A stretch of DNA of 64,000 bases from a virus, in the IMG/VR virus record IMGVR_UViG_3300003154_000002, positions 1 through 64,000 of that record. One strand, 5' to 3'. The translations under genes and the position numbers were made by a program. The notes under the pieces were generated by a model. It saw only the letters and a program-made list of their open reading frames with translations, was not told the origin of the DNA and did no database searches. This document shows, piece by piece, positions 1 through 9,159 of this stretch. Each line of letters begins with the position of its first letter. The stretch's first letter is position 1.

Positions 1-1
1 T

Positions 2-91
2 AGGGCTGCTAAAGTTACTTTAGAGGTAGAATCAGAACTTACACCAATTATTAAAAATGGAAGCGTTATTGATTGGGGATTAGATGACTAA
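2..91 (+). CDS. 3' end of a gene cut by the window start (...NGSVIDWGLDD*)
   Basis: Frame 2 is open from the first base to TAA 89-91. It overlaps the next ATG (84), as at many junctions here. No function can be inferred. Confidence 0.3.
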   Translation, partial: RAAKVTLEVESELTPIIKNGSVIDWGLDD

Positions 92-581
92 AAAGAAAAC
101 CAGAAAGGTTGTTATTAACAGTTGTTATGGAGGGTTTGGTTTGTCCCACGCTGGTGTGTTAGAATACTGTAAAATGAAAGGATGGCAAGTTAAATGCTGG
201 TTCGACAATTCGACAGCTAAAATTTATTTATGTCTTCAAGATGATCCTCGATTTAAGGATGAGAATATTAAAGATTCTTATGGGAAAGCAAATATTACCA
301 AAGAAGAGTTTGATAAACTCGAAGCAATGTGCTTAGATAAAGGCGAAAGACGTATGATGCTTTATCCACATTATGTGATCAAAGAAGCTAAAGATTGGTG
401 CGATAGAGATATAAAAAGAGATGATCCTACTCTGATTAAGGTTGTTGAAAAATTAGGTAGCGCTGCTAGTGGTAATTGTGCCAATCTAAGAATTGTAGAA
501 ATTCCCTCAGATATTGAATGGGTCATATCAGAATATGATGGATTAGAGTCGGTGGAAGAAAAGCACCGCTCGTGGGGGTAA
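84..581 (+). CDS. hypothetical phage protein (N-terminal NSCYGGFGLS motif)
   Basis: 165-aa ORF in the co-directional packed operon. The CYGGFGLS motif recurs in uncharacterised phage proteins, as far as I recall. Confidence 0.65.
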   Translation: MTKKKTRKVVINSCYGGFGLSHAGVLEYCKMKGWQVKCWFDNSTAKIYLCLQDDPRFKDENIKDSYGKANITKEEFDKLEAMCLDKGERRMMLYPHYVIKEAKDWCDRDIKRDDPTLIKVVEKLGSAASGNCANLRIVEIPSDIEWVISEYDGLESVEEKHRSWG

Positions 582-582
582 T

Positions 583-825
583 ATGTGTGATATTTACATG
601 CATAAATGTCCAGTATGTAACGAAGAAATAGATATGCATTTGTCTGATTTTAATACGCCGAGAGAAGAAGTAGCGGTATTTCATCAACCCTGTTTTGAAA
701 AAGCTTGTAGAGTTTGGACAGAGAAAGATTTTGGTCCGCCTTTTGAAGGTAAAAGACCTGTTGTTGTTATTAGTTTGTCTGATACAGCTTTAAAGAACAA
801 AGACGGTAATCATCCTAACTGGTAA
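583..825 (+). CDS. small Cys/His-rich hypothetical protein
   Basis: 80-aa ORF starting 2 nt after the previous stop. Contains CPVCNEE...HQPC...C. Confidence 0.55.
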   Translation: MCDIYMHKCPVCNEEIDMHLSDFNTPREEVAVFHQPCFEKACRVWTEKDFGPPFEGKRPVVVISLSDTALKNKDGNHPNW

Positions 826-833
826 AGGAATAT

Positions 834-995
834 ATGAAATATTTATTAATTAGTTTCTTATTTATAGCCGGATGCAACTCAGATAATATAAGAGCTTGTG
901 GTAGTTCTTGTAATGGTTTTATGAAAAGTTATGATACTAAAAATCAACAGTGTATCTGTATGACTTTCGAAGAAATGTGCAAGAAGGGAGAATAA
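834..995 (+). CDS. small putative lipoprotein (53 aa, below ORF-track cutoff)
   Basis: ATG at 834. MKYLLISFLFIAGC is a lipobox-like signal, followed by a Cys-rich mature part. Stop at 993-995 sits just before the next ATG (997), so the ORF fills the gap exactly. Confidence 0.5.
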   Translation: MKYLLISFLFIAGCNSDNIRACGSSCNGFMKSYDTKNQQCICMTFEEMCKKGE

Positions 996-996
996 A

Positions 997-1206
997 ATGG
1001 TACGAGTTAAATTTCATTTTGCTGATTGGCAAAAAAATGGAGTTAGTATTTTAGAAACAGAAGAAGGACAAGATTTATCGATAGGTAATTTTCATCCTGG
1101 GGCTATGTTTACCGGAACCATGGATATGGATTTACACGAATTTGCAGAAATTAAAGAGGGAGTTAATAAAGGATTTACTCCTGTTTTTACTATTTCATTT
1201 AAATGA
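997..1206 (+). CDS. hypothetical protein
   Basis: 69-aa ORF with an ATGA overlap onto the next gene. Confidence 0.55.
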   Translation: MVRVKFHFADWQKNGVSILETEEGQDLSIGNFHPGAMFTGTMDMDLHEFAEIKEGVNKGFTPVFTISFK

Positions 1207-1439
1207 GAAGAGGTTCTTTTAAATGTGGGCTTTGTGGTAAGGTATTTACCATAAATGTTAATCCACTTAGAGAATTTACAGAGGATTGTCCTAAAAATAG
1301 ACAAATAAGAACCTCTGGATCAGTACATCATTGGAATTATTCTGTCATAGAAACACTTAAAGCATTAAGAAAGGAGGGCAAAAAGAATGGTAGACAGAAA
1401 AGAATATCTGAAAGAATATCACAGCAGACCAGAAAATAA
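1203..1439 (+). CDS. small protein, IETLK-tail family member
   Basis: CGLCGK near the N-terminus and ...VIETLKALRKEG near the C-terminus. The tail overlaps the next gene by 53 nt. Confidence 0.5.
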   Translation: MRRGSFKCGLCGKVFTINVNPLREFTEDCPKNRQIRTSGSVHHWNYSVIETLKALRKEGKKNGRQKRISERISQQTRK

Positions 1440-1806
1440 AGAGCGAGAAAGAATATATAGAAAATTTTATAGACAAACAGAACAAGGAAAAGCTTCTGTA
1501 AAAAGATGTAATACTAAATATTATAAGGAAACAAAAAGAAACTGTCACCTAAAAGAAAAATATGGTTTAACATTAGCAGAATACAATGACCTACTTCGAA
1601 AACAAAACTATAAATGCGCTATTTGCGAAACTGAATATACGGGTGGAAAAAAACAGTTTAACGTAGATCATTGCCACAAAACAGGAAAGGTGAGAGAAAT
1701 TTTATGCGATAAATGCAATTGGGGATTAGGATCTTTTAATGATGACCCAAAACTCTTAGATAAAGCCTCTAATTACTTAAGGAAATACGATGATAAAACG
1801 ACATAG
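1387..1806 (+). CDS. endonuclease VII-type (His-Me finger) nuclease
   Basis: CAICE...FNVDHCHKTGKVREILCDKCNWGLGSF matches the DHCH-TG-x-R-x-LC-x2-CN signature of T4 gp49-like Endo VII. Confidence 0.85.
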   Translation: MVDRKEYLKEYHSRPENKERERIYRKFYRQTEQGKASVKRCNTKYYKETKRNCHLKEKYGLTLAEYNDLLRKQNYKCAICETEYTGGKKQFNVDHCHKTGKVREILCDKCNWGLGSFNDDPKLLDKASNYLRKYDDKTT

Positions 1807-2266
1807 GAACATAGACTTAAGTAAAAGGACGATTCCTAAGGCCCGGAAAGCGTTAAAACGGCTCGTAGAGCGACGAAAACAACGATTTGCTAGTACAGGG
1901 TTCAAAGTATTGTTACCCCCGTACAAACAGATTATAGGCCAAAGATTCAGTCAATCTCAGCTTATGTCAACGTGCCCTTATTGTAGTTCGCCGTTAATTG
2001 TAACTGAAGCTGGTACTGTATGCTCTGGTAAGAACTTACGTAAGATTGCATTAGATATTTATAATACTGTTCGTAAATGGGGTCCAAAGGCTGAATTATT
2101 CCTGAGTAAGAAGGCAAATAGATTTTTCGACATATGGATGATTCTGGGCCGAGACATGGATTGTCAGTATATTTTGGGGACGGAAGAGTCTAGATTTAGG
2201 ATTAATAATCGTATTCTTCGGCCAGGAGTGGATAGAAAAAAGATCTTTAGCAGTAAGAAGAGATAG
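1790..2266 (+). CDS. basic hypothetical protein with Zn-ribbon-like CPYC...C
   Basis: 158-aa ORF, co-directional and Lys/Arg-rich. Confidence 0.5.
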   Translation: MIKRHRNIDLSKRTIPKARKALKRLVERRKQRFASTGFKVLLPPYKQIIGQRFSQSQLMSTCPYCSSPLIVTEAGTVCSGKNLRKIALDIYNTVRKWGPKAELFLSKKANRFFDIWMILGRDMDCQYILGTEESRFRINNRILRPGVDRKKIFSSKKR

Positions 2267-2267
2267 T

Positions 2268-2777
2268 ATGCTAAGTAAAAAATGTACAGAGTGTAACAAA
2301 ATAAAACCCATAACAAAGTTTTACTTTGAGAAAAGAGGAAAGTATAATAAAAGAAGTAAGTGTATCAAGTGTTTTCTGTTTCTGACAAGAAAGTACGCAG
2401 AAGAATATAAAGAAACACGTAATAAAAAACTTAAAAAAAGAAGGGCTAATGATATTCCTTTTAAGTTATCCGAAATATTAAGAAGCAGGTTATACAAAGT
2501 TATTGTTGGTAAGGTAAAACAAGGATCGTCTGTTAGAGATTTAGGCTGTTCCATTGAATTTCTTAAAAAATATTTGGAATCAAAATTTAAGCCAAAAATG
2601 AGTTGGAAAAATTATGGTAAATGGCATATCGATCATATTTTACCGTTAAGTGAGTTCGATTTAACAAATAGAAAACAGTTTTTACAAGCTTGTAATTACA
2701 AAAATTTACAGCCGTTGTGGGCAAAAGAAAACATAGCAAAACACAATAAGACTATTTTCTCAGCTAAAAAGAAATGA
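2268..2777 (+). CDS. HNH homing endonuclease (paralog family A)
   Basis: WHIDHILPLS...NLQPLWAKEN motif. The C-terminal ~80 aa are clearly paralogous to 28007-28666 and 39804-40433. Confidence 0.85.
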   Translation: MLSKKCTECNKIKPITKFYFEKRGKYNKRSKCIKCFLFLTRKYAEEYKETRNKKLKKRRANDIPFKLSEILRSRLYKVIVGKVKQGSSVRDLGCSIEFLKKYLESKFKPKMSWKNYGKWHIDHILPLSEFDLTNRKQFLQACNYKNLQPLWAKENIAKHNKTIFSAKKK

Positions 2778-3079
2778 AAAAAGATCTCAAAAGAGCCTAT
2801 AAAGTTGGACAAGTAGTTGATTTTGCTGTTGGATATACTGAAGATTGGGCAAAAGTGTTTGATAAAACACCGGGAGTTAAGGGAAAAGGTAAAATAATAA
2901 AGATAAAGTATAGAAGGGGAAAAGGACCAATATTCCTTCCTAAACCACACTTAGATTACTTTATACAACATGAAACAATTGATGCTATGGGAAATAAGAA
3001 ATATAAGGTGTGGATATGTGATTATTGGCGTTTGGGTAAGATACATATATTAGATACTTGGAGAGCTGCTAAGAAATAA
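2774..3079 (+). CDS. small protein, IETLK-tail family (divergent)
   Basis: N-terminal YKVGQVVDF and C-terminal ILDTWRAAKK. Confidence 0.55.
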   Translation: MKKDLKRAYKVGQVVDFAVGYTEDWAKVFDKTPGVKGKGKIIKIKYRRGKGPIFLPKPHLDYFIQHETIDAMGNKKYKVWICDYWRLGKIHILDTWRAAKK

Positions 3080-3294
3080 TGTATAAAGTTGGTGACATAG
3101 TAAAATTTCGTCCGAGATTTTCACCGAAAACGGTGAGAACGGGAATGATAATTCGTATGTCAAATGGTACGTATACAATAATGCAATTAGATGGGCTTAG
3201 TGCAGAGCAAACTAGTTATAGAAATATCCTAAGTTTAGATGTTATCAGTAAACTAAAGTACATCAAAAAATGCTACAAAAAGGAGAAAAAATGA
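3079..3294 (+). CDS. small protein, IETLK-tail family
   Basis: MYKVGDIVKF... at the start and ...VISKLKYIKK at the end. Confidence 0.55.
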   Translation: MYKVGDIVKFRPRFSPKTVRTGMIIRMSNGTYTIMQLDGLSAEQTSYRNILSLDVISKLKYIKKCYKKEKK

Positions 3295-3521
3295 ACGAGT
3301 CTGTTAATTATTATTATCCGCGAAATAAAGACGGGCAAAGAATGGGGCATTCTATTGCTGTTATTCAAAAAGAGGGTAAGGTGTTTGTTGGTTTCTCTCT
3401 GCTAGGAAAGGGAGATAAATTTAATCGTAAGATTGGTAGAGCTATTGCTGAATCCAGAGCGAGAAAACAAATCGAACAATACGAAAACAGAAAGAATAAC
3501 CCATTTACTGCGAAGAATTGA
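3291..3521 (+). CDS. hypothetical protein
   Basis: Start refined to ATG 3291, which follows AAAGGAGAAAAA. The track start is 3270. Confidence 0.6.
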   Translation: MNESVNYYYPRNKDGQRMGHSIAVIQKEGKVFVGFSLLGKGDKFNRKIGRAIAESRARKQIEQYENRKNNPFTAKN

Positions 3522-3527
3522 GGATAT

Positions 3528-3815
3528 GTGTTAAAGAGGGGACAGATTGTAAAGATTAAACCGAACTTCTATAAAGTTTGCAATAATGAAAATATAGAAG
3601 ATTACATTACCTGTAAGGTAAATCATTCCGGTAAGAATCTTATGGGCGAAGTTATGGAATGTGTTTATTGCGGGGATGGAATGTATAGCGTATTATTATT
3701 GCTAAATACTTGCGGAGAATTGCATCCTATTGTAGTTGAGCCAAAAGACGTTAAGATTGATACAATTAAAACTCTTAAGAACCTTAAGAAGAGAAAATGT
3801 GCCCTATTAAAGTAG
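3528..3815 (+). CDS. small protein, IETLK-tail family
   Basis: MLKRGQIVKI... and ...IDTIKTLKNLKK. Confidence 0.6.
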   Translation: MLKRGQIVKIKPNFYKVCNNENIEDYITCKVNHSGKNLMGEVMECVYCGDGMYSVLLLLNTCGELHPIVVEPKDVKIDTIKTLKNLKKRKCALLK

Positions 3816-4123
3816 GGGATTACATAAAGCTTAATGTACCTTTTGAAGAAGTTAATGCTTGGAATTTAGCTGCGGCTATGGGTGCATTAGCTACAAAACA
3901 TAAAATATGTTGTACCGATCATGAAGAGAAAAAGATTATAGCTGAAGTTATTGAACAGAAATCAATGAATTATGGTGGTACTCGGCCCGGAGAGAAATAT
4001 TTAATAACTCTAACGTTCGTTAAACTCAACGTATGCGAAGGCGTACATTGTATTTTAATTGATGAAAGAGATTGTACGTTTTACCCCATAGGTATACTTA
4101 AAGCCGCTAAGAGTAACAAATGA
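3797..4123 (+). CDS. small protein, IETLK-tail family
   Basis: IKVGDYIKL... and ...PIGILKAAKSNK. Confidence 0.6.
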   Translation: MCPIKVGDYIKLNVPFEEVNAWNLAAAMGALATKHKICCTDHEEKKIIAEVIEQKSMNYGGTRPGEKYLITLTFVKLNVCEGVHCILIDERDCTFYPIGILKAAKSNK

Positions 4124-4371
4124 TTAAAGTTGGACAAGTATATACATGCAAAGTTTGCATGAATGGGGGATGTCTTCTGAGAATAGAAAATATTGACATA
4201 CACAATAGAATAGAATATGCGACGTTCGATGATAAAGCAGGTTGTAGAAAATCAACAACTACGACAGCAGAAAGCTATATAAAATCGGGCGAAATGAAAC
4301 TTGAACCAATTAAAACCCTAAAATATATGAAGGAGAATAAGTGTACTGCGTCAATTGCGGAAAAAAACTAA
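4120..4371 (+). CDS. small protein, IETLK-tail family (CxxC subgroup)
   Basis: MIKVGQVYTCKVCMNGGC... and ...PIKTLKYMKENK. Confidence 0.6.
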   Translation: MIKVGQVYTCKVCMNGGCLLRIENIDIHNRIEYATFDDKAGCRKSTTTTAESYIKSGEMKLEPIKTLKYMKENKCTASIAEKN

Positions 4372-4535
4372 AAACAAAAGATTCCAAGTTTGAGGTTGTT
4401 TGTGACGAATTTTGTCTTGAAGGAGCTATGAAATATGACGAACTACTTAAAAGTGTTGGACCTGATAAAGCTCGAAACCTCTGGAAAAGAGAAAGAACGC
4501 ATTCTAAAAACAAACGACTCGGTAGAGCTGCGTGA
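4341..4535 (+). CDS. possible small Zn-ribbon protein (uncertain)
   Basis: GTG start after AAGGAG. Has CVNCGKK...C..FC but overlaps the ligase by about 100 nt out of frame. Confidence 0.3.
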   Translation: MYCVNCGKKLKTKDSKFEVVCDEFCLEGAMKYDELLKSVGPDKARNLWKRERTHSKNKRLGRAA

Positions 4536-5670
4536 ATATCTTTCTATTGCGCTCGATAAAGACAGGGTATATCACGTAAAAAAGTTTCCGACAGGGTTAG
4601 TTGGGGATAAAGTGTTTTCGTCCGTTTCCGGTAAAGGGTTTATTAAATTTAAAAACTTAATTAAACTATTGGAGACAAATGAAATCAGCGGTCACTTGGC
4701 TCAAAATACAATCTTTGATTGTTTTGGTTCATTTACACCAAAAGAGCAAGAATGGTATCGCAAGGCTTTGCTTAAAGAGGCTATTAATATTGGTCGTGAA
4801 ATTGTAAATAAGGCTTTCCCCAAGTTAGTAAACAAATTTGTTGTAATGCTCGCCCCGAATACCCAGCCGGATTTGGACAATATTAAATATCCTAAGATCA
4901 TTCAACCTAAGATTGATGGTTTTAGGGCTATTTATATTCCGGGGCAAGGTTTAGTTGGCCGGAACGGAAAGAAGATTAGGAATACAAACTTACATGAACA
5001 TTTCTTAAGCTTATACATGACAAATACGCATGTATTTGACGGTGAGCTATATTGCCACGGCGTTGGGTTCAATAAAGTAGCTTCAGTGTTAAATAGTGCA
5101 GCGGGCGTTATCCCATTTGGCTTAAAATACCATGTTTTTGATGGTATGACGACCTCGGAATGGGCAAAAAAGAAGTGTTCGACCAAATACGAGGATAGAC
5201 TCTCTACATTTCAGGAATTAGATAAGGTTGCCCCGCTTAAGAATGTTAACGTGTTGGGGGCTGAAAAGGTTAGTTCCAAACAAGAAGCAATGAACAAATA
5301 TTCATTGTATATTAAGGGCGGATATGAAGGGGCTATGTTAAAAGACCCTGATTCCATATATACATGGAAAAGAGTCACACTAAAATCTGAAGTATTGCTT
5401 AAAGTTAAGCCCTATGTTACAGAAGACCTAAAGATTGTCGGTTGCGAAGAGGGTGAAGGAAAGTATGTTGGTAAGTTGGGCAAATTGATAGTCGATTATA
5501 AGGGCGTCTCAGTCGGGGTAGGCACCGGGTTTACGGACGAGGAAAGATCGTCGCTCTGGAGCCAAAAGAACGCGTTACAGGGGCGATTTATCGAGGTCCG
5601 GGGAATGGAAATCACGGCTGATAAATCAATTAGGCATCCGGTATACATTAGATTTAGAGACGACAAATGA
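4435..5670 (+). CDS. ATP-dependent DNA ligase
   Basis: Motif I PKIDGFRAI (KxDG adenylation lysine), motif III VFDGELY, motif IV EGAMLK, motif V LLKVKP. Confidence 0.9.
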   Translation: MTNYLKVLDLIKLETSGKEKERILKTNDSVELREYLSIALDKDRVYHVKKFPTGLVGDKVFSSVSGKGFIKFKNLIKLLETNEISGHLAQNTIFDCFGSFTPKEQEWYRKALLKEAINIGREIVNKAFPKLVNKFVVMLAPNTQPDLDNIKYPKIIQPKIDGFRAIYIPGQGLVGRNGKKIRNTNLHEHFLSLYMTNTHVFDGELYCHGVGFNKVASVLNSAAGVIPFGLKYHVFDGMTTSEWAKKKCSTKYEDRLSTFQELDKVAPLKNVNVLGAEKVSSKQEAMNKYSLYIKGGYEGAMLKDPDSIYTWKRVTLKSEVLLKVKPYVTEDLKIVGCEEGEGKYVGKLGKLIVDYKGVSVGVGTGFTDEERSSLWSQKNALQGRFIEVRGMEITADKSIRHPVYIRFRDDK

Positions 5671-5897
5671 TTCCTAAAGTAGGACAAGTTTATAATTGTA
5701 ATATGTGCAATAACAAATGTGCGTTTAGCATAATAAGAATAAGAAACAATAAACTGTTTTACAAATATCTAAGTTATGTGAAGAGAGAAAAGTGTTGTAG
5801 AGCATTTGATGATATTTATGATTTTTGCGAACATCTCCATAACGGTTACTTTATATTAAATACTATTGAAACTTTGAAGGAATATAAAAAGAAATGA
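5667..5897 (+). CDS. small protein, IETLK-tail family (CxxC subgroup)
   Basis: IPKVGQVYNCNMCNNKC... and ...TIETLKEYKKK. Confidence 0.6.
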   Translation: MIPKVGQVYNCNMCNNKCAFSIIRIRNNKLFYKYLSYVKREKCCRAFDDIYDFCEHLHNGYFILNTIETLKEYKKK

Positions 5898-6163
5898 TTC
5901 CAATTGAAATAGGACAAATATATAAATGTTTCTCTTGCGAAAAAGGATGCAGAGAAAGAGTGACAAGAATAACAAAAGATAGAGTTAAGTATGTACCTCT
6001 TCAACCAAAACTAAGAGATAGTGACTGTTACGCGGTAGATGGATACGATAATTCTGAGACAAAGAAAGAATATATTAGTATGATAGAACAGAAAACCCTA
6101 AAATTAGAACCTATCAGTATCTTAAAATACTACAAGAAAGTGGGGAGAAATGACTCACGCTAG
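5894..6163 (+). CDS. small protein, IETLK-tail family (CxxC subgroup)
   Basis: IEIGQIYKCFSCEKGC... and ...PISILKYYKK. Confidence 0.6.
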   Translation: MIPIEIGQIYKCFSCEKGCRERVTRITKDRVKYVPLQPKLRDSDCYAVDGYDNSETKKEYISMIEQKTLKLEPISILKYYKKVGRNDSR

Positions 6164-6341
6164 AGCGACTGCTATTGCTAAACTGTTAGCAGAGAAAGAT
6201 TTTAAGGATTTGCTGTACCTCAAGTTTGGTTCCGAGGGGTATAACGGAGAAGACTTAATTGAAGTACTTCAACAAATATCCGATAAAGAATTAGAACTAA
6301 CTAGGAATAGACAGAATGAAACGGATTCAGACTCCGATTAG
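6150..6341 (+). CDS. small acidic hypothetical protein
   Basis: 63-aa ORF, co-directional, overlapping its neighbours. Confidence 0.5.
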   Translation: MTHARATAIAKLLAEKDFKDLLYLKFGSEGYNGEDLIEVLQQISDKELELTRNRQNETDSDSD

Positions 6342-6585
6342 TCTTAATCAAGTTAGAGCCTTAATCAAAGAACGTCACCCAAATTTACCCTACAAAATTG
6401 CTAAATGTGAGGATACAGAAGATGTAGAACTTATTGTTAATAACAGACTTATTATAGATTTCGTTCGTACAGAGAAAACAGCAATGTCTCATTTATACCA
6501 ATCACCAGATGATTGGCAAATATATAACTACAAAATAAACTATATTAAAACACTTAAGTTCTTAAAAGAAAAGAATGCCAAATAA
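6316..6585 (+). CDS. small protein, IETLK-tail family
   Basis: C-terminal ...YIKTLKFLKEKNAK. Confidence 0.55.
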   Translation: MKRIQTPISLNQVRALIKERHPNLPYKIAKCEDTEDVELIVNNRLIIDFVRTEKTAMSHLYQSPDDWQIYNYKINYIKTLKFLKEKNAK

Positions 6586-6784
6586 AATTAGATCTGGAAA
6601 ATACTGTCAAGAATGTTCTTGCTATTATTGCCCATTGGCTACTATAGAGGGATATTCCAACGATGATAGCGAAGAATGTGCTAGATGCATAAATACTAAA
6701 GATGAATGCGAATCTTGTGGGGGAACTGGATACGAACAAATAACTGTAATTGAATATTTAAAGAGATTAAAGAATGGAAGATAA
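6575..6784 (+). CDS. small Cys-rich protein, IETLK-tail family
   Basis: CQECSCYYC...CARC...CESCGG followed by VIEYLKRLKNG. Confidence 0.55.
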   Translation: MPNKIRSGKYCQECSCYYCPLATIEGYSNDDSEECARCINTKDECESCGGTGYEQITVIEYLKRLKNGR

Positions 6785-7232
6785 GTCACATAAAACTGCT
6801 ATCTATAGAGCTAAACCTAGTAACCCTACAAAGTATTTAGCGAATAGTGGATTGATTAATTATCCGGCTTTAGATTATGGGAGTGGGCATGGAAAAGATG
6901 CTGATGTCTATAATCTTGATAAGTATGATCCCCATTACTATCCGCAGAAACCACAGAAAGAATATAAGACCGTTGTTTGTAATTACGTTCTTAATGTTCT
7001 GGATAAGGATAAAGCTCCGGAAGTATTTAAGGGTATTAAAGACGTATTGACAAATGATGGAATAGCGTATATAACTGTTCGTCGGGATATTAAAGAACCT
7101 ATTAAAACTAAAATAGGAACATTACAAAGACCTGTATATTTAGGTCTTAAAACAGTTAAGAAAACCAAAGATTTTGAAATGTATTCGATGACAAAAGAAG
7201 ATGAACCAGAGGAGGTAGACAATGGGGACTAA
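6774..7232 (+). CDS. SAM-dependent methyltransferase-like protein
   Basis: ALDYGSGHGKD resembles class I MTase motif I. VVCNYVLNVL and DGIAYITV resemble the following strands. No DPPY/NPPY DNA-MTase motif is seen. Confidence 0.5.
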   Translation: MEDKSHKTAIYRAKPSNPTKYLANSGLINYPALDYGSGHGKDADVYNLDKYDPHYYPQKPQKEYKTVVCNYVLNVLDKDKAPEVFKGIKDVLTNDGIAYITVRRDIKEPIKTKIGTLQRPVYLGLKTVKKTKDFEMYSMTKEDEPEEVDNGD

Positions 7233-7551
7233 CTATTACGTAAAAGCGCATAATTGTCCTTTTTGTAGCCGATTCGATGAAATACACATTGGTAAATCTT
7301 CGATAGGATGGAAACCATTACTTCACGCCAACCAATATAAATACTATAAAAATTGGGAAGAAATGAAAGAATGGTTGAAGGATCAAAAGATATACGACGA
7401 ATATGATAGGCAAATCGATTATGATAAATTTGTTAACTTTTTTGAAGAAAAACAAAAAGACCCAAAAAATCTTGAACATTTGCCAGAACATTTTATAGAT
7501 GGAGATAAAAAGATTGACGGGTGGGATTTTCTTAACCATTATTTTAGTTAA
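7222..7551 (+). CDS. hypothetical protein
   Basis: 109-aa ORF containing NYYVKAHNCPFC...IHIGKSSIGW. Confidence 0.55.
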   Translation: MGTNYYVKAHNCPFCSRFDEIHIGKSSIGWKPLLHANQYKYYKNWEEMKEWLKDQKIYDEYDRQIDYDKFVNFFEEKQKDPKNLEHLPEHFIDGDKKIDGWDFLNHYFS

Positions 7552-7562
7552 AGGAGAATAAA

Positions 7563-8159
7563 TTGAAGCTACCATACGACCTTTGTGTAATTGACCTAGA
7601 AAGTAATGGTCCAAGTGGGCCTATTATTGAAATTGGAGCTACAGTACTAACTCGTAAAGGTATTATACTTGGAGAGTATCAACAGTTTGTGAAGATTAGT
7701 GAGGCTCTTAAGCCTGAAATTACAGAGCTAACTGGTATTACAGAGGAGAATCTAAGCGTAGGAGGCTTGCCCTTTGTAGCTGCACTTGAAGGCTTTGTTA
7801 AATGGATACAGAAAGAGCTAGGTACAAAGAACTTTCTAATTGCCTCATGGAGCAATTGGGATACTGCTACGCTTCGTAAGGAGTGTGAACAGTGCAATAT
7901 AGAGTATCCTTTCAGAGGCAAGACACTAGACGTTAAGAGTGTTGTATTGTGGATGTCCTACCTTATGGATAGAGATGTACATGGTGAGGGACTAGGGAAT
8001 ATGCTAGAGTGTTGGGATCTTAAGTTTGTTGGTTCCCCACATTCTGCCCGATGTGATGCTAAAAATACAGCTATTCTTCTAAAGACTGTTTGGGAATACT
8101 ATGATAAGAGGTCGGATATCCTCCTTACAACTATCCGAGAGCTGGGACTAGCAAAGTGA
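7563..8159 (+). CDS. DEDDh 3'-5' exonuclease (DnaQ/KapD-like)
   Basis: TTG start after AAGGAG. Exo I CVIDLESNG, Exo II SWSNWDTA, Exo III HSARCDAKNTA (H-x4-D). Confidence 0.8.
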   Translation: MKLPYDLCVIDLESNGPSGPIIEIGATVLTRKGIILGEYQQFVKISEALKPEITELTGITEENLSVGGLPFVAALEGFVKWIQKELGTKNFLIASWSNWDTATLRKECEQCNIEYPFRGKTLDVKSVVLWMSYLMDRDVHGEGLGNMLECWDLKFVGSPHSARCDAKNTAILLKTVWEYYDKRSDILLTTIRELGLAK

Positions 8160-8425
8160 CTACAAAGAAAGACGAAAGAGTAACTTACAAAGTTGGGCAA
8201 ATCGTTAAAGTAAAGAAACAATACTATCCAGATCAAAACGTTACTGGCATGGTTGTAGCTACTAGAATAGATAACCCGGATAGTTACTTAGTTACTTGGT
8301 ATGAAGCACATGAAGCATGGACAAAAACAAGCGATATTATCGAAGTCTGCCCTATTGAAACTTTAAAAGCAGCTAAGAATAACCCGGAAGTAGAGGAGCT
8401 ATTGAATGACTGCAAAACAAGTTAA
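8156..8425 (+). CDS. small protein, IETLK-tail family
   Basis: YKVGQIVKVK... and ...PIETLKAAKNN. Confidence 0.6.
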   Translation: MTTKKDERVTYKVGQIVKVKKQYYPDQNVTGMVVATRIDNPDSYLVTWYEAHEAWTKTSDIIEVCPIETLKAAKNNPEVEELLNDCKTS

Positions 8426-8657
8426 ACTTATAGTAGCTGAAGTAGAGAAAGCTCTAATGGCTACTTATGGTTTAGCTAAAATGGTTACTCCTAAACAACA
8501 GGAGTTTTTAGACTTGGTAGCTAAGAATATTAAACCTATTAAGTTTAAGGAGAATAAGAATGTCGTGGAAGATGCTACCGGGTTGGAAGATGCTACCGTT
8601 AAACACACAGCAACAAATAAAATATCGGGGACAGAGAGCGGGGAAGACTTACACTAG
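8406..8657 (+). CDS. hypothetical protein
   Basis: 83-aa ORF. Contains the VEDATG/LEDATV duplication encoded by a 15-nt direct repeat at 8566-8598. Confidence 0.45.
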   Translation: MTAKQVKLIVAEVEKALMATYGLAKMVTPKQQEFLDLVAKNIKPIKFKENKNVVEDATGLEDATVKHTATNKISGTESGEDLH

Positions 8658-8664
8658 TCTTAAT

Positions 8665-9159
8665 ATGGTATTAAATCCTGTTTCTGGTGGGGCTTTCATT
8701 AAGCCCGGTAAAGAGACTTATGTTAAGCTTCAAAAGAACACAGTAGTAAAACTTGTAACTGGCATTAGGGTAGAAGTTTCTACTACTCTCTCCAAGTTTT
8801 GGAAAGGTATGGATAAAGTTAAAAAAGGTATGTTAGAAAGGGAGGATCAATTTTGGCGTAAATATGACGACTATGAGTTTGTCAAGGAAAAAGTAATTTC
8901 TTTAGCACAATCCTACAAAATTGCTAAATATGCTATTGTTAGAAAGTTTGAAAGCTACGGATACGATGGTAGTGCTATGTGTGGTCGTTATGATTGTGCC
9001 CTTATGGATAGTACCGGAATCATTTTAGCGCTTCATCGTTGTGTTGATATTACACAAGAAGATAAGCCAGATACTATCAAAACACTTAAGTTAGCGAAAT
9101 CATTGAAGAATCGTAAATACGTAAAATATTTGATGAATAAAAGTTACCTTTCGTTATAA
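8665..9159 (+). CDS. hypothetical protein, IETLK-tail family
   Basis: Start refined to ATG 8665, just after the stop of the previous gene (track start 8560). C-terminal ...DTIKTLKLAKSLKNRK. Confidence 0.55.
   Translation: MVLNPVSGGAFIKPGKETYVKLQKNTVVKLVTGIRVEVSTTLSKFWKGMDKVKKGMLEREDQFWRKYDDYEFVKEKVISLAQSYKIAKYAIVRKFESYGYDGSAMCGRYDCALMDSTGIILALHRCVDITQEDKPDTIKTLKLAKSLKNRKYVKYLMNKSYLSL

Noticed and set aside
8566-8598. 15-nt direct repeat TGGAAGATGCTACCG occurring twice with an 18-nt period.
   Set aside because: It is a simple in-frame duplication (VEDATG/LEDATV) within a small ORF. Only two copies exist, and there is no array structure.
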